This document shows positions 25,867 through 40,735 of a stretch of DNA of 64,000 nucleotides, piece by piece. How positions within the stretch are numbered: position 1 is the first letter of the stretch; every line of letters begins with the position of its first letter. Below the pieces are notes generated by a model that was given only the letters and a program-made list of their open reading frames with translations, ran no database searches and had not been told where the DNA came from. This DNA comes from Eledone cirrhosa. Lineage: Eukaryota. The stretch is from positions 23,126,001-23,190,000 of the forward strand of contig OZ024742.1 of the NCBI GenBank assembly GCA_964016885.1. The letters are read 5' to 3'. The translations under genes and the position numbers were made by a program.

Positions 25867-26773
25867 TCAGGTTATAAATTGGGTGTTGAGTTCTAGTCTA
25901 TTATTGAATGGTGGTTGTGTTTTATCTATAATTAGTGCTTCCTTAATTCTAAGATTGCCGAGGTTTCTTTCATTAGTTTCTATCGTAACTGTTATGGTTT
26001 TGTCGGTGTTTTTGCATTTAACTAGGTGTTTCTTAAATGAGGAAGCGTTAGTATTGAGGTGTTCTTTTATTCTTATGTGGAGTGGTCTGGTGGTGCTACC
26101 TACGTAGAAGTTGTTGCATTTGTCACACTCTAGTCTGTATACGACGTAAGCCTGGTGGCATAGGTATGTGTCGTTGATGGGGCAGTTGGCTAGTCTGCAG
26201 CAGTTGTCATGTCTGTTGGAGTGTCTTTTGGTCAGCTGTCCGCGTAGATAAGGACCTTAGTGGGCCAGTTGGATATCTAGTCCCTCTCGTCTGATGGCTC
26301 TGCGGATGGCTGTTGTTGTTTCTTCACTGAAGTGTGGAAGCTTCAGGAAGCAAGTGTTAGTGCCTTGGGCTGGTGTCCTCTGTTCTTTCTGGCACGGTTT
26401 GTGGTGGATGTCGTGTATCCGTTCAGTTTGAGTACTTCCAGGAAATGTGTAGTGTGTGTGTATCGGTCTCTAGCGTCGGTGCATTTGTTCCGGATACGTG
26501 CCAGTTCGTTCCTTATGTATCCGAACTTGGCACCGAGTGGGAGGGCCGATCTGAAATGTACGAACAGGTCCCTTCTGGCGGCTTTTTTATAGAAGCAGGT
26601 GTGGATGTTGCCTTCCTCTGTTACCCTGAGTTGGAAGTCCAGTAGGGATAGGGATCCGCGGTCATCGGGGTGTTCCATGCTGAACTTTATTCTGGCGTCC
26701 ATGCTGGAGAATGTTGTGTATATTTTATCTGCCTCCTCACGGGATGATGTAAGGATGAGTATGTCATCTACAT
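25867..26773 (-). pseudogene. Inverted second copy of the PLE RT/GIY-YIG fragment (disrupted)
   Basis: HVDDILILT...FYKKAARRDLFVHF; indel near 26370 and stop near 26258. Confidence 0.88.
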
Positions 26774-26799
26774 GCCTTCTTCGTGCCTTCTTCACCTGA

Positions 26800-27708
26800 T
26801 ATGTAGATGGCATATTCATCCTTACATCATCCTGTGAAGAGGCAGATAAAATATACACAACATTCTCCAGCATGGACGCCAGAATAAAGTTCAGCATGGA
26901 ACACCCCGATGACCGCGGGTCCCTATCCCTACTGGACTTCCAACTCAGGGTAACAGAGGAAGGCAACATCCACACCTGCTTCTATAAAAAAGCCGCCAGC
27001 AGGAACCTGTTCGTACATTTCAGATCGGCCCTCCCACTCGGTGCCAAGTTCGGATACATAAGGAACGAACTGGCACGTATCCGGAACAAATGCACCGACG
27101 CTAGAGACCGAGACACACACACCACACATTTCCTGGAAGTACTAAAACTGAACGGATACACGACATCCACCACAAACCGTGCCAGAAAGAACAGAGGACA
27201 CCACACCCGAGGCACTAACACTTGCTTCCTGAAGCTCCCACACTTCAGTGAAGAAACAACAACAGCCATCCGCAGAGCCATCAGACGAGAGGGACTAGAT
27301 ATCCAACTGGCCCACTCAAGTTCTTCTCTACGCGGACAGCTAACCAAAAGACACTCCACCAGACATGACAACTGCTGCAGACTAGCCAACTGCCCCATCA
27401 ACGACACATACCTATGCCACCAGGCTTACGTCGCATACAGACTAGAGTGTGACAAATGCAACAACTTCTACGTAGGTAGCGCCACCAGACCACTCCACAT
27501 AAGAATAAAAGTACACCTCAATACTAACGCTTCCTCATTTAAGAAACACCTAGTTAAATGCAAAAACACCGACAATACCATAACAGTTAGGATAGAAACT
27601 AAGGAAAGAAACCGCGGCAATCTTATAATTAAGGAAGCACTAATTATAGATAAAACACAACCACCTATCAATAATAGACTAAAACTCAACACCAAATTTA
27701 TAACCTGA
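26800..27708 (+). pseudogene. PLE RT C-terminal half + GIY-YIG endonuclease
   Basis: YVDGIFILT...IKFSMEHP..SLSLLDFQL...FYKKAA...VAYRLECDKCNNFYVGSATRPLHIRIKVH...IKEALII...PPIN. Confidence 0.9.
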
Positions 27709-28087
27709 TAGGGCTTCTAGCCCCATATTTACACCCCCCCACACACACACACACGCTTACACCTCCACTTATTCTCTCTCACACATACACACACAAAACC
27801 AGTTCTAACACCAGATAACACCTATCCCCCATATTTACGAATAGACTTATCTTCTCACACTCACACACACACACTCACATACTTACACCTTCATGCATTC
27901 TCCCACACACTTAAACAGGCATTTATATATGAAACAAAACCCATAAACAAACCCCTTTTAAGGGGAGACTGCTCTTTATCCACCTAATTTTAACTCTTTG
28001 ACATTAGAGATAGAACAGATACTCTATACTATTTCCTGTCAGCATGGCTTGGCAAGATATTTAGAACGCTGGTTTGAGATCTTTATT

Positions 28088-28125
28088 TCCCTCTGATGAA
28101 GAGATATTATCTCGAAAATTAAGGA
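28088..28125 (+). ncRNA. Canonical-core minimal hammerhead ribozyme (mirror copy at 25453-25490, minus strand)
   Basis: CCCT-CTGATGA-A-GAGATA t TATCTC-GAAA-ATTA-AGG, then AATAAA. Confidence 0.8.
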
Positions 28126-28238
28126 CATTTAAATAAATCTAAGGTAAAAGACGAATTGTCAACAATATCTTTTGCAATTGCATTCTTTTTTCTATGTCCA
28201 TACCTGCATTGTTTTGGCTTTATTATACATATTCAAAC

Positions 28239-29722
<1,484 letters not shown>

Positions 29723-30165
29723 TGTGCATGTATACATACATACATAGCTTGAGAAGCTGGGCTTCACAGAGCCAGCAAGAGCACGGCTAGTTAGGAAGTT
29801 GCAGGTACATTCCTTTAATGGTATTGTGAATATACGTAATACATTTACGAGAATCCACCATGTAATAATTGCATAGTCACATGTAAAGATTCAAAACACT
29901 ATGTATGATTATATACATATGACTGGAAATATACACATACTCACATGTATCATACGTAGAAGAAGAAGAAGAAGAAGTGAAACCTATCACGTGCGTCTGT
30001 TTTTATTGGCGGCACGACCCTCCCAAATATAACAATATATATAATATATATATATAATATATATATACTGTATATATATATATAAAATATATGGTTAAAT
30101 CTTAATTAAATATTGATTAAATCTTAACCATTTAACATCTCAGGGTATGTCATGTATCATTATAT

Positions 30166-30210
30166 TTTGTTTGAAGAGGACGTACTGTTGTACATCCGAA
30201 ATATGTATAA
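30166..30210 (+). ncRNA. Hammerhead-like motif in a short PLE terminal fragment
   Basis: TTGAAGA-GGAcGTAC tgtt GTACaTCC-GAAA-TATGTA. Confidence 0.55.
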
Positions 30211-30270
30211 TAATATGTAATTGATCAAAAGAACATCTATTTTATTAATATTTGTATTATATATATATAT

Positions 30271-30470
30271 AGGTTTATCCCGGATTCAATCGGGGGTAAC
30301 CATAGTAAATTAAGTACTCGATACAAATCAGAGTATAAATATTTAATATAGAAAAGGATTCTACAGGTCTAGACCTGTTTCATTCGGGAGAAATCATCAG
30401 GAAGCCCTGATGATTTCTCCAGAATGAAACAGGTCTAGTCCTCTAGAAGCCTTTTATACATTAAATATAT
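30271..30470. mobile_element. Small head-to-head PLE terminal pair with two back-to-back HHRs
   Basis: CCTGATGATTTCTCC(A/C)GAATGAAACAGGTCTAG on both strands around a 4-nt spacer at 30402-30405; left arm has a ~65-nt extra tail. Confidence 0.75.
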
Positions 30471-30478
30471 ATATATAT

Positions 30479-33400
30479 AGTTTTGCGAGGTTTTTTTTTA
30501 TGAAATCGTGTGTCGAAACAAATATTGTTATACTTGGGGAGGGTCATATTTGTGTAATAATATTGCCAGAATTAATAACAGAACACACTCACTGTTTGGT
30601 TGGTTTTCACTTCTGTGTCTTTTATATCGGTTAATTTAATTTATTTGGTCCTCAATGTTGCCATTGCCTGACCAACGGTCAAAAATACAGATACAATATA
30701 GGCACAAACACATATATATAGTATATCAAAGTTCTTTCGTTGCACATCTGCAACATCGTCAGTGGTGCTATTATATTTCCTCCCGTTGCATTGTATGCTT
30801 ACGCCATCTTTAATTAGTCTATTTATTTATTTATTTGTTTATTTTGTTGTCTTCTCTGCGCATGCGTTTGCGCGTGTGTATAGTGTTTTGTTTGATGTGT
30901 GTTCTTGTTTGGGTGACTGTGTATTGGTTAATGTATTCTATCTTAGTTTACTAGTGTGTGTTTATATGTGTTTGTTGTTGCTGTGCTTGTGTATGTATTT
31001 ATTTATTTATTCTTCTCTTAGGTCAGTGTTGTTTGTTTGGGTGTTGTTGTTATACCATTCATTTTTTCTGTTTAGCCTTGGCCTTCTAAGTTCTATTTTC
31101 GCTGGCCTCTCTGATTTGCCTATCTGCTGGGTTATTTCTATGTTTAGATATTATTCTAACTTCTATGTTGTCTATGTTACCGTTGTGTTGTTTTCTGGCA
31201 TGTTCGTATAGTACCGAACCGTTTTTTGTCTTTTTAGTTTCCCCCAGTGTTGGTCTATCCTTTCACCTATGCTACGAGCTGTCTCGCCTATGAATGTTGT
31301 TGTTATGTTTCTGCAAGTACCCTCTGTACATTTAATGCTATAGACTACGTTTCTAGTTTTACAGTTTATCCTGGGGTTTACTCAATATATGATAGATTTC
31401 CTATTAGTACAGTGGGTTTTCTTAAACGGGTAGGTTTTGCTGATCAAGGATTTGATGGTGGTTCCTGTCTTTTATACCACATTAATCTTTAAGTGGGTGT
31501 TTCTCAGGGCCTTTCTACACTGGTTAGCTAATTTCCCTCCAGGGGTAGCATCCACACACATGACACTCTGGTATCTCTGGTTGTCGTACCATGAGGTGGC
31601 TTTCCCTATCCTATGTCTAGTCCTATCTAAGCTATTCCATGATTTGCTCCTGTATAATGGGCAAATTCCTTTCATGTCCAGTTCTATGAGAGTATTACAC
31701 TTCTCCGTGGCTCATTCGTATACTCTGATTCTGTCTCTTTGGTTGTAGTCAGAGAACTGCATGCGGTTGATGGAGTGTTGGATGTGTCTTTCCATTTCTG
31801 TTGGGTCGCACATGCGGGACACGTTCTTCATCACTCGTAACAAGTCTGCGATCAGAATATTAAACTTAGCACTACTGGACATTGCTTAGTTTTTTAGTAT
31901 CAGGTATTTGGAGGCCATGGATTTAGCATAGTGTGCGTGGTAAATTTTGGCTCTCTCGTCTATAGTGTTAAGCCAGAGTTCTGTGTCTAATACAGGTAGT
32001 ATATTGTTAGGGTGTTTGGAAGGGTAGTCGCTAGTTAGAGTTATACTCTGGTGTATGGAATTAGCTATCTACTGGATGCTTTCCATTGTACTACGTTCTA
32101 AATCAAACTTGTTAGTGCTCTCTTGTGGAGATGTCCTTATTACTATATTGATGTCGTCTACGTAACGAGAGTACATGATGAGGTCTATGGAGCTCTCATC
32201 AAGGAGATCTTTGAGTCTCCTTTACCACCATACCATAAAAAGGTTGGCAACGTCACCAGCTATGCTGACGCCAATGGCTGCTCCCCCATTTTGGGTGTAG
32301 ATCTCGTTGAACTTGAATATGTGGCCCTTTGATACTAGCCCCTATTGCATGTGCGACCATTTTTCTTACCCGATCATTGTTTTGGAGGTCCGTATAGCTT
32401 TGGTCCACCCAATCGACCTTCCCATAGGAGTCTTTTTTGCCATTGAGGTTATGGTGGGGGGTCTACCTCTTATGGGTCTACTGAGGCAGAAACGTCTAAG
32501 GTCATGGCTGTCTAGGTAGTCAGTGTCGTAGGTAAGTCTAAGTAGGAGGCCCAGTTCGTCTGTGTCGACGTCGCAGACTCCACCTCACCCTCACTGATCA
32601 TCTCCACACATTTTTTCCACAGCAAAATCAATGTTAATGGATGGGTACAGTGATACCACATCCATACTGCCTATTATGCAGTTGGATAGGTTCCTGTTTT
32701 TGTTGCTCTCACTGATTCTGCTGAGGAGGTCCTCTGTACTGTCACATACATCTGGGGACATCTTGATTATGGGGCGTATAAGCATTGAGAGGAAGTAGGA
32801 GATCCTGTAGTTGCTAGCTATATTTGCTCCACATACAGGTCTTGTTGGTGGTCCTGTTGTCGGGTCGTCGACTGTCTTGTGGTCTTTGCGGAGCCCATAC
32901 AAGGGTGGTAAGCCATTGTTGGACGCCTGGAAGGTGTTGGCAGTGCGTCTGCTTGGCTTTAGGATGTCAGTCCACATCAACATGTGGGTGTTGAGGATTT
33001 TCTCTCTCCTATCATGTATTTGCTCTGCAATTTCGCTCGTGTTGGTGATGTGGGGTTGCATAGCCTTGATGTAGCTCGACATGCTGTCTATTGACATCCT
33101 ACCAGACTTATCCGTGGGTAGACATACTACCTCACTATCCCTTGTGCGCTGCTTGAGGCTAACCAAGCCTTCTACAGGTTTCCTCCCAAGTTGTTGGATA
33201 TCTGGTCTGCTCTGTCTTTTAGTATACCGGTCTACTATTTGTCTAATCTTATTTCTAGCTATGGTGAACTGTGCCTCTATCTCGTCATCTATTTGTTGTG
33301 GTATGCACACTCTTTTATTAAAGGGTAACCCCGTAGGATAGATATTACCCATCTTATATGTTTTGTCAGCTGGGTTGAAGAATATTTTCTCTAAGGGGTT

Positions 33401-34259
33401 GTCATTATATCTATCGTCATAGTTGTGTGTGTTGCTATTATTGTTATTATGGTGGTTGCTGTTTTTCCTATCATTAGAATTATTATTATTGTTATGATTG
33501 CTAGATGTATTGTTGCTGTGATTGTTAGATGTATTGTTGTTGTTTTCTCCACCGTTATTGTTGTTGTTACTGTTATTTCTACCATTGTGGTTGTTACTTT
33601 TATTATGTTTCTTGTTTTTGTTGTGTCTATCATTAATGTTGCTACATGTATTATTTTTATTATTACCACTGTGGTTGTTGTTGTTGTTATTCGTATTGTT
33701 ACCGTTATTACTACTGTGGTCGCTGCTGCTGTGTCTGTAGTTAATGTTTCTATTATTATTATTATTGTGGTTGTTGTTGTTGTTCTGTCTATCGTTAATA
33801 TTATTACTATTATTACTATTTCTCACTCTCCTGCTATTGTTATTGTTATGACTATTACTATTATAGCTGTTATATCTATACTCAGAGTTATTGTTTATAT
33901 TACTACTACCGTTATTATTGTTGTTGTTTACTTTTGCATTCCAACGTATTTTTGTGAACCAATTTTCCAGCTCCGTTTTTCACTCAATAGGGAGGAAACA
34001 TAATAGCACTACTGACGATGTTGCAGATGTGCAACGAAAGAACTTTGATAGACTATATATATATATGTGTTTGTGTCTATATTGTATCTGTATTTTTTAC
34101 CGTTGGTCAGTCAATGGCAACATTGAGGACGGAATAAATTAAATTTACCGATATAAAAGACACAGAAGCGAAAACAACCAAACAGTAAGTGTGTTATGTT
34201 ATTAATTCTGGCAATATTCCATATTATTACACAAATATGATACTTCCCCAAGTATAACA

Positions 34260-34262
<3 letters not shown>
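30479..34262 (-). mobile_element. Long PLE (minus, 30479-33998) with an inverted terminal-repeat copy at its 5' end (33999-34262, plus)
   Basis: 34001-34262 is the reverse complement of ~30522-30772; both carry the HHR CTGACGA-T-GTTGCA gatg TGCAAC-GAAA-GAACTT. Confidence 0.88.
31100..33826 (-). pseudogene. PLE polyprotein: Asn-rich N-region, RT, GIY-YIG endonuclease (frameshifts and stops)
   Basis: LPTDKSGR, YGLRKDHK..GPPTRPVCGA, STEDLL, GSMDVVSLYPSI, RYVDD (~32155), LPVLDT; EN RNVVYSIKC...FIGETARSIGER (~31260-31355). Confidence 0.88.
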
Positions 34263-34323
<61 letters not shown>

Positions 34324-34363
34324 AAGATCACAAGAGCGTCTACAACATCAAAAGATTTTTATT

Positions 34364-34410
34364 GGCTTACAATGTTTCTTCCTTACGTAACCGTAGGATT
34401 CGTCAGAGCT
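34364..34410 (-). ncRNA. Canonical-core hammerhead ribozyme at the 3' end of a minus-strand element (~34320-35040)
   Basis: GCT-CTGACGA-A-TCCTACG gtta CGTAAGGA-A-GAAAC att GTA-AGC, then AATAAA and (TA)n. Confidence 0.75.
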
Positions 34411-35538
34411 ATAAAAGGGGTTTGATTGGTGTTATGGACTCTATCAACCAAACATTCAAGAACAAAGAGTAAAGAGAGTAAAGAGCAAAAGTCGGGGACG
34501 ATAAGTCTAATTTTGGTTTCCTTGTTTACTAGCTGCGGTCATATTCATTCCCGGGAGTCGGGTGGTTAGCTGAACCATAGATGGGGTGGCGTCGATAGTA
34601 TGGTGCAGAGGGTGCGCAGAGGCTACACAAACACAAAGGGCATACAATATATATATATATATATATATATAGCGGAGGAGAAAGTAGATGAGGTAATTAG
34701 AAATGGAAAAAGAGTAATAATAATAATCTATAATTAATAGTGTATAATAAGGCATGGGGAAGATTACACTATAATAAGGTATGAAAGTAAGAATAAGGTA
34801 AAATATAAAGGAGGATAAAAGTGGAAATAATAAAGATAAAAAAATAAAGATAAAAAAATATATAGAGAATATATAAAGAAATGTAAGCGAATATTTGGAG
34901 GGGAAAACACAATGTAAAAAAAACGATTTTTTCAAATAATAATAAAAATATAATAATTATGGGGGGAGAAAACGGGATAGAGAAATATGATCAAGTGTGA
35001 TTAGTTGAGAGAATATAAGATGATAATAGTTATGTCAAGTTTATACATCTTAATAATAAATAATCTGTGTATCAGAGTTGCAGAACCTTCAATTCACTTA
35101 CGGGTTCAAGCCACGTGGCATGGTCCATTGTTTATCTGTGCGGTCATGCGCGTTTGTATTTGACACCAGATGCACAAGTTCGTAAATTCCAATGCAGATA
35201 GAAATCTATTTTTGCTCACCCGGACATTGACGGAGGATCCAATATTCCTAGTTCAATATGTGTTTGGTGTTATTTTGGTCGCACAAATCAATCACTTGGT
35301 TCAATATTATGGAGTATGGTTTTCTGGTCTTCGTAACAGTGTCAGTGGTTGTATATCTGGAAATCACAAGGATCACAGTACTCCGGTTTGGTGTGATTAT
35401 CGGTAATCCAGCTATGTTGTTGGTGGTTGGATTCAATTCTATTCGCCCGAACGTTGAACTTTGGTGTCGATTGAACATTAACGAGGCAGAGTGAGATCGC
35501 ATCTGTGGTACAAAATGGTACGCAAGGAAATTCTTCGT

Positions 35539-35580
<42 letters not shown>

Positions 35581-35619
35581 ACAGTTAGTTCACCATACCG
35601 AGAATAATTGTTTCACCTT

Positions 35620-35801
35620 AGCGAAGGAGGTGTGGTAAGGAACCAGATGGACCATAACGCATCAGAGTACTCAATACTTAAGTTAGTAGAGTGGGTAATG
35701 GGAAAATGTTTAACCCCGACGGCTAACTCAGAAAAAAGAGAGAGAGAAACAAAAAAGGAATAAAATATATTTTTCTTCCTAATAATTGTCTCTTTTTCCC
35801 T

Positions 35802-35841
<40 letters not shown>

Positions 35842-35937
35842 AGGGAAAAATATATATATATACATATAGGAAAATGTTTAACGCCGACGGCTATTTCTGG
35901 GCTCAGTCCAGAAATAGCCGTCAGGGTTAAACATTTT

Positions 35938-35945
<8 letters not shown>
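35620..35945. mobile_element. Cluster of short PLE terminal fragments, including a two-family junction (35724) and a palindrome (35865-35945)
   Basis: 35620-35725 matches 44811-44915; 35724-35805 is the reverse complement of 35985-36064. Confidence 0.7.
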
Positions 35946-35978
<33 letters not shown>

Positions 35979-35980
<2 letters not shown>

Positions 35981-37730
35981 AAACAGGGAGAAAGAGAGAA
36001 TTATTAGGAATACAAAATATATTTTATTCCTTTTTTATTTCTCTCTCTCTTTTTTCTGGGTTAGAAAATGATTAAAACGAAATGTTTTACTTTGTGTGAA
36101 GGTATTAGTTGATTTATTTATTATTTAACAATGCCATTTATTTATCCATTCATATATTTACTTATTGTCTATTATCGATTTCAGCATGTTTATGTATTAT
36201 CAAATGATAGTGAAATGTATTAGTGGGGTGTCGCACATGTTAAACAGAAGGTGCATAAAGAATAATGTTATTTACAAATAAGGTTTATGAAAAGAAAAAG
36301 AAAGAAAAACGTGCATAATGTAAAACATGAAAAGTCAATGTGGAAGAAAAAATAATGTTATTTACAAGCAAAGTCATTGAAGTTAAGCAGATCAAAATGT
36401 GTTAATATAGCAAGAGTGCTTAGTTGATCCATGATTCCCTGATGGAGGCAAATGGTGGACTGAGGTTTGATATGATTTCCCTTCTTAGAGGGTTAATATG
36501 CAGGGCGAAGCAATTCTTGCAGGATGATATTTAATTTATTTAAGAAAAAGGATTAGGTAGGGTGTGAGGGAGGTAACTCTTGTAAATATTTGATTGTTTG
36601 TTGCAGTTTTAGATTGGTCCGATTTTTAGAGCATTAAGTAGGGGTTGAAATTTATTAATGAAATATGTTTCTTTATTGGCATGTTGGATGAAAGTAGCGT
36701 ACTCTATGAATTTGTAAATGGGGAAAATTTTAAAGTTTGTACGTTGGATGTGAGCACAACTGGCGATATATTCACTAAATGCAATCTTTCTGTATTCCTG
36801 TATTTTAATTTGTGATTTATGGAGGGTCATAATTTGACGGAGGCTGTTTTCTGTCTGTCCTATGTAGTGCTCTTGACAATCTGAGCAGGTCAAAACATAG
36901 ATAAGGTTTTCAGATGCACATGTAAAGTTGTGTTTAACTGTGAAACGCTCTCCTTGTTTAAAATGGAATGTTGAACCTTCTATTAGATTTATACATATGC
37001 CACAGTTGGGCCTTCCGCATTTTGTTACTGTAGGGTTCATTGTGAGGGTTTGTTGGATTTTGGCTTGTGTGAGGATGTTTTTTATGGATTTGGATTGTCT
37101 TCTGCTCTTTATGATGTGTGTTTGGAGGATTTGATTCATTCTTGGGTCTCTTTTTAGTAAAGGAATGTTCTGGGGGATGGTGTCGAATGCCTCATTGTTG
37201 AGGGGTTGTGTGTGGAGATTTTATGGTAGAGTTTTTAGTTGCGGTTCTTTGCTGGGTTTGGGGTGTCTGAGATCCTGGATGTCTAGTTTTAGGGCACGTT
37301 GGAATCCATTGGTGATTAGGGATGGTGGGTAGTTTCTGCTGATAAGTGTGTTTTTTAATTCTTCTAGTCGTCTGTAGCATGTGTATTTATCTGAAACTAA
37401 TGTGCAGATCCTTGTGGCTAGTTTATAAGGAATTGCCATTTTGGTGTGTCTAGGGTAGCACAAGTTGTATGGAAGGTATTGTTTGGAGTCTGTGGGTTTG
37501 TAGTATATGTCTGTTTCTATTTTGTTGCTTGTTTTCTTGATGAGGATGTCGAGGAAAGGGAGTTGTTCATGGCTGTAATCCATTGTGAATTGTAAGTTTG
37601 TGCTGAGTCCATTCAGAAGGGTTTTAAACTCAAAGAGTCTATCTATACTTTCATGCCAGAGGATGAAGCAGTCGTCCAAATATCTCTTCCAGTTCTTCTC
37701 TATGTGTTGGTAGAAGTGGTTACCGTATTT
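35979..37730 (-). mobile_element. 5'-truncated Neptune-like PLE (RT C-half + GIY-YIG, frameshifted; coding ~36609-37725)
   Basis: WKRYLDDCFILW, LPFLDILI, YYKPTDSKQYL, KCGRPNCGIC, FTCASENLIYVLTCSDCQEHYIGQTE, KETYFINKFQPLLN. Confidence 0.9.
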
Positions 37731-37740
37731 ATATATATAT

Positions 37741-37935
37741 ATGAAATGATCCAGGACCTCGACGGCTGAGTTCCGGCCGTCTCGACAAGTAGATCCGAAC
37801 TAGCTATTTTGTCGTAACGGCCGGAGTTCAGCCGTCGGCGTCCTGAATATTTTCATATTACCCAGACTACTACCCGAGTAACGAGTACACACTGGTGGCT
37901 TATGGTCTAGCTGGTTTTTACCACACCCTATCTGA
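37741..37935. mobile_element. Small head-to-head PLE terminal pair with asymmetric tails
   Basis: 37741-37790 is an imperfect reverse complement of 37806-37857; right arm continues ~80 nt. Related to 35620 and 44811. Confidence 0.65.
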
Positions 37936-38180
37936 TATATATATATACAGTAAGTACGGGTGACTGGTGGTCTTCCAGAAACAACCTTGGCCGGACATGT
38001 ACCTCGGAGGAGAACTTTCTAGGTGTAAATACTTGGCATTCGATACTGATAATTCAAAGAACTTGCCGTGTCACACACCATGTCACAGACACCGTGTTAC
38101 ACTGAATCTCCCATAGAATTACGTTATAAGTATATGTGTCTATGAAGTAGTCTACTGGAGGATAGATTAAACGACACTTA

Positions 38181-38355
38181 ACCAAGATCACATTCATGAT
38201 TGTAAAGGAAAGGTTTTTACTCTTAAGCCATGCACCGTCTCATCATTATAACTGTACAATTGTTTAGTACCAAGATCACACTCATGATTGTCAAGCAAAG
38301 GTGTTTACTCTTAAGCCATGCTCCGTCTTATGATTATAACTGTACCATTGCTTAA
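38181..38355. repeat. Two-copy 88-bp tandem duplication
   Basis: ACCAAGATCACA...TCTTAAGCCATGC...ATTATAACTGTAC starts at 38181 and 38269. Confidence 0.9.
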
Positions 38356-38781
38356 CAACGCAAGTAGCTTATCGAAGCAAATATTTGAATATTAGACAAA
38401 TATGCGAGAAAGTAACTGAGGTAAATAAAGCAGGAAACAGAAAAAGAAAAAAAAAATGAAGGGAATTGAAAAATGGAGAGTGTAAAGGAAAAAGAAGTGT
38501 ATGAAATAAGACGGTGATAAGGCAAAAGGAAAAGGTAAGAGTGGAGAAACGGTTGGAAGAAAATGAAATCGGTACAGGAAGAGGGTTAAATTCTATATTT
38601 GTCTAACAGCAGTGAAAATAAGAATTGTTAGAATTATTTATATGACACACAAATACAGATAGATAGATAAAGAAAGAGAGAGAGAGAGGCGCATACATAT
38701 ATACATATATATACAAATATATTTATATAAACACATCTATCTATCTCTCTATATATGTGTGTTTGTGTACAAATATATATG

Positions 38782-38845
<64 letters not shown>

Positions 38846-39152
38846 GAGACAAGAAACATTTAGATATAATTAGTAATAAAATGTATCATACCTAAACTGC
38901 TCCTAGATTCCTCGCCTACGTAGTTTCGTGGCACAAACAAAAACAATACATCATAAAGATATAGAGTCTTGCGAGGTCTGCCGACTTATCAAGAGGATAC
39001 CTCATTTTACTAGCTTCAAGAACGCGTCTACACGACGCGAGAAAGAATCCCAAAAGGCGGAGGGGGAGATAGTCACGCGATATAACGGTCGAGAAACAGA
39101 GCTAAGCCTCTTATAACCCCGAAGAAAATACCACGGAGGCGGAGGGGGTATT

Positions 39153-39184
<32 letters not shown>

Positions 39185-39223
39185 TACATATATACATATA
39201 TATACACACACACACACATATAA

Positions 39224-39271
<48 letters not shown>

Positions 39272-39567
39272 TGTTTTTTTTGTGTGTGTGTTTGCATGTG
39301 TAGTTTTATTTTATTTTTCCTTTCCTTCTCCCTTTTCCAGCCTCACTTTCATATAGATTGCATTTTTGTTTTTATAATCCAAATTCAATAAACAAACCAG
39401 GATTTTTTCATTCTGAGGATTGAAAGCAAAACCTTTTGCTTTTAAGAAACCACTGGTAAATGGAATAATTGCCTTATGTTGTTTATTACATAATAATAAT
39501 AATTAAGCTCTGTTGCCTACATAGAGCACTCTTTTTTCCTGGACTTTTCCGATGGAATTACTTCATT

Positions 39568-39613
<46 letters not shown>

Positions 39614-40079
39614 TATGAATGTATTTATTTGCATGTGTATATATGTATATATGTATTTATATATTTATATGGATATATATGTGTACCTATACATTTGTGT
39701 ATACATCCATGCACATCTAAGACAGTCAATCCTTTTGCAGTTTTCACTCAATACAAGTACTAATTCACTGAATCCCTTGAGGTTCTTTCAAGTTTTATCA
39801 TAAAAAACGCGTTAATAAAAGTATAATTTGTGCAAAGATGCTCCCAATAGGATAAACATTAAAATATATTCACAGAAACACTTGAAAACTGAAAACTGAG
39901 ATGATTACGTGTGATCAACAGAGACAAATAGTGAATTTTACAAGAATAACTTGTTATTTAAATAATGATATACACGATAGTTGCTTAATGCATTAATCTT
40001 AAAGACGTGAGAACGTAAATCCGTGGAACACATAAATCATAGCTTATTGGATTCGTTACAGGGATACCGGATTGTTTGG

Positions 40080-40437
40080 CAATACACACAAACAGAAACA
40101 AGTTGGCGTAGGACAGAACAAAGTAGAGGCACAAAAACAAAGAAAAGAATCCCCAGTCACTGAAGAGGTCACAGAATGTGTGAAGAAAGAACTTTGACAA
40201 TATATAAACAACCATCTGGTTGTGGAAACAACCAACCAACCGGAAATTTATAAATTCCTAAATTTATAAATTTATTATAATAAATTATTATAAATTATTA
40301 TATTAAATTATTATAAATTATTATAATAAATTGGTGCGTGTGTTTCTTATTGGCAACATGACCCTCCCAAAGTATAACAATATCGGTTTCAATACACGTT
40401 TTCAGATAAAGAATCTTACTAAACAAATTCAGAATCG

Positions 40438-40441
<4 letters not shown>
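40080..40441 (+). mobile_element. PLE terminal repeat with HHR (40156-40198) and MTLPKYNNI tail
   Basis: Reverse complement of 4601-4930; GTCA-CTGAAGA...GAAAGAACTT-TGAC. Confidence 0.85.
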
Positions 40442-40482
<41 letters not shown>

Positions 40483-40491
40483 TGTGTGTGT

Positions 40492-40735
<244 letters not shown>

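Larger units (their letters stand above)
25337..28242. mobile_element. Inverted head-to-head duplication of a 5'-truncated PLE (~1.44-kb arms, 27-nt spacer 26774-26800), both ends in (TA)n
   Basis: 25337-26773 is the reverse complement of 26801-28242 with scattered substitutions. Confidence 0.93.

Noticed and set aside
26343-26975. 210-aa ORF crossing the palindrome axis as a novel fusion protein
   Set aside because: Antisense of one arm running into the sense of the other; an artefact of the inversion.
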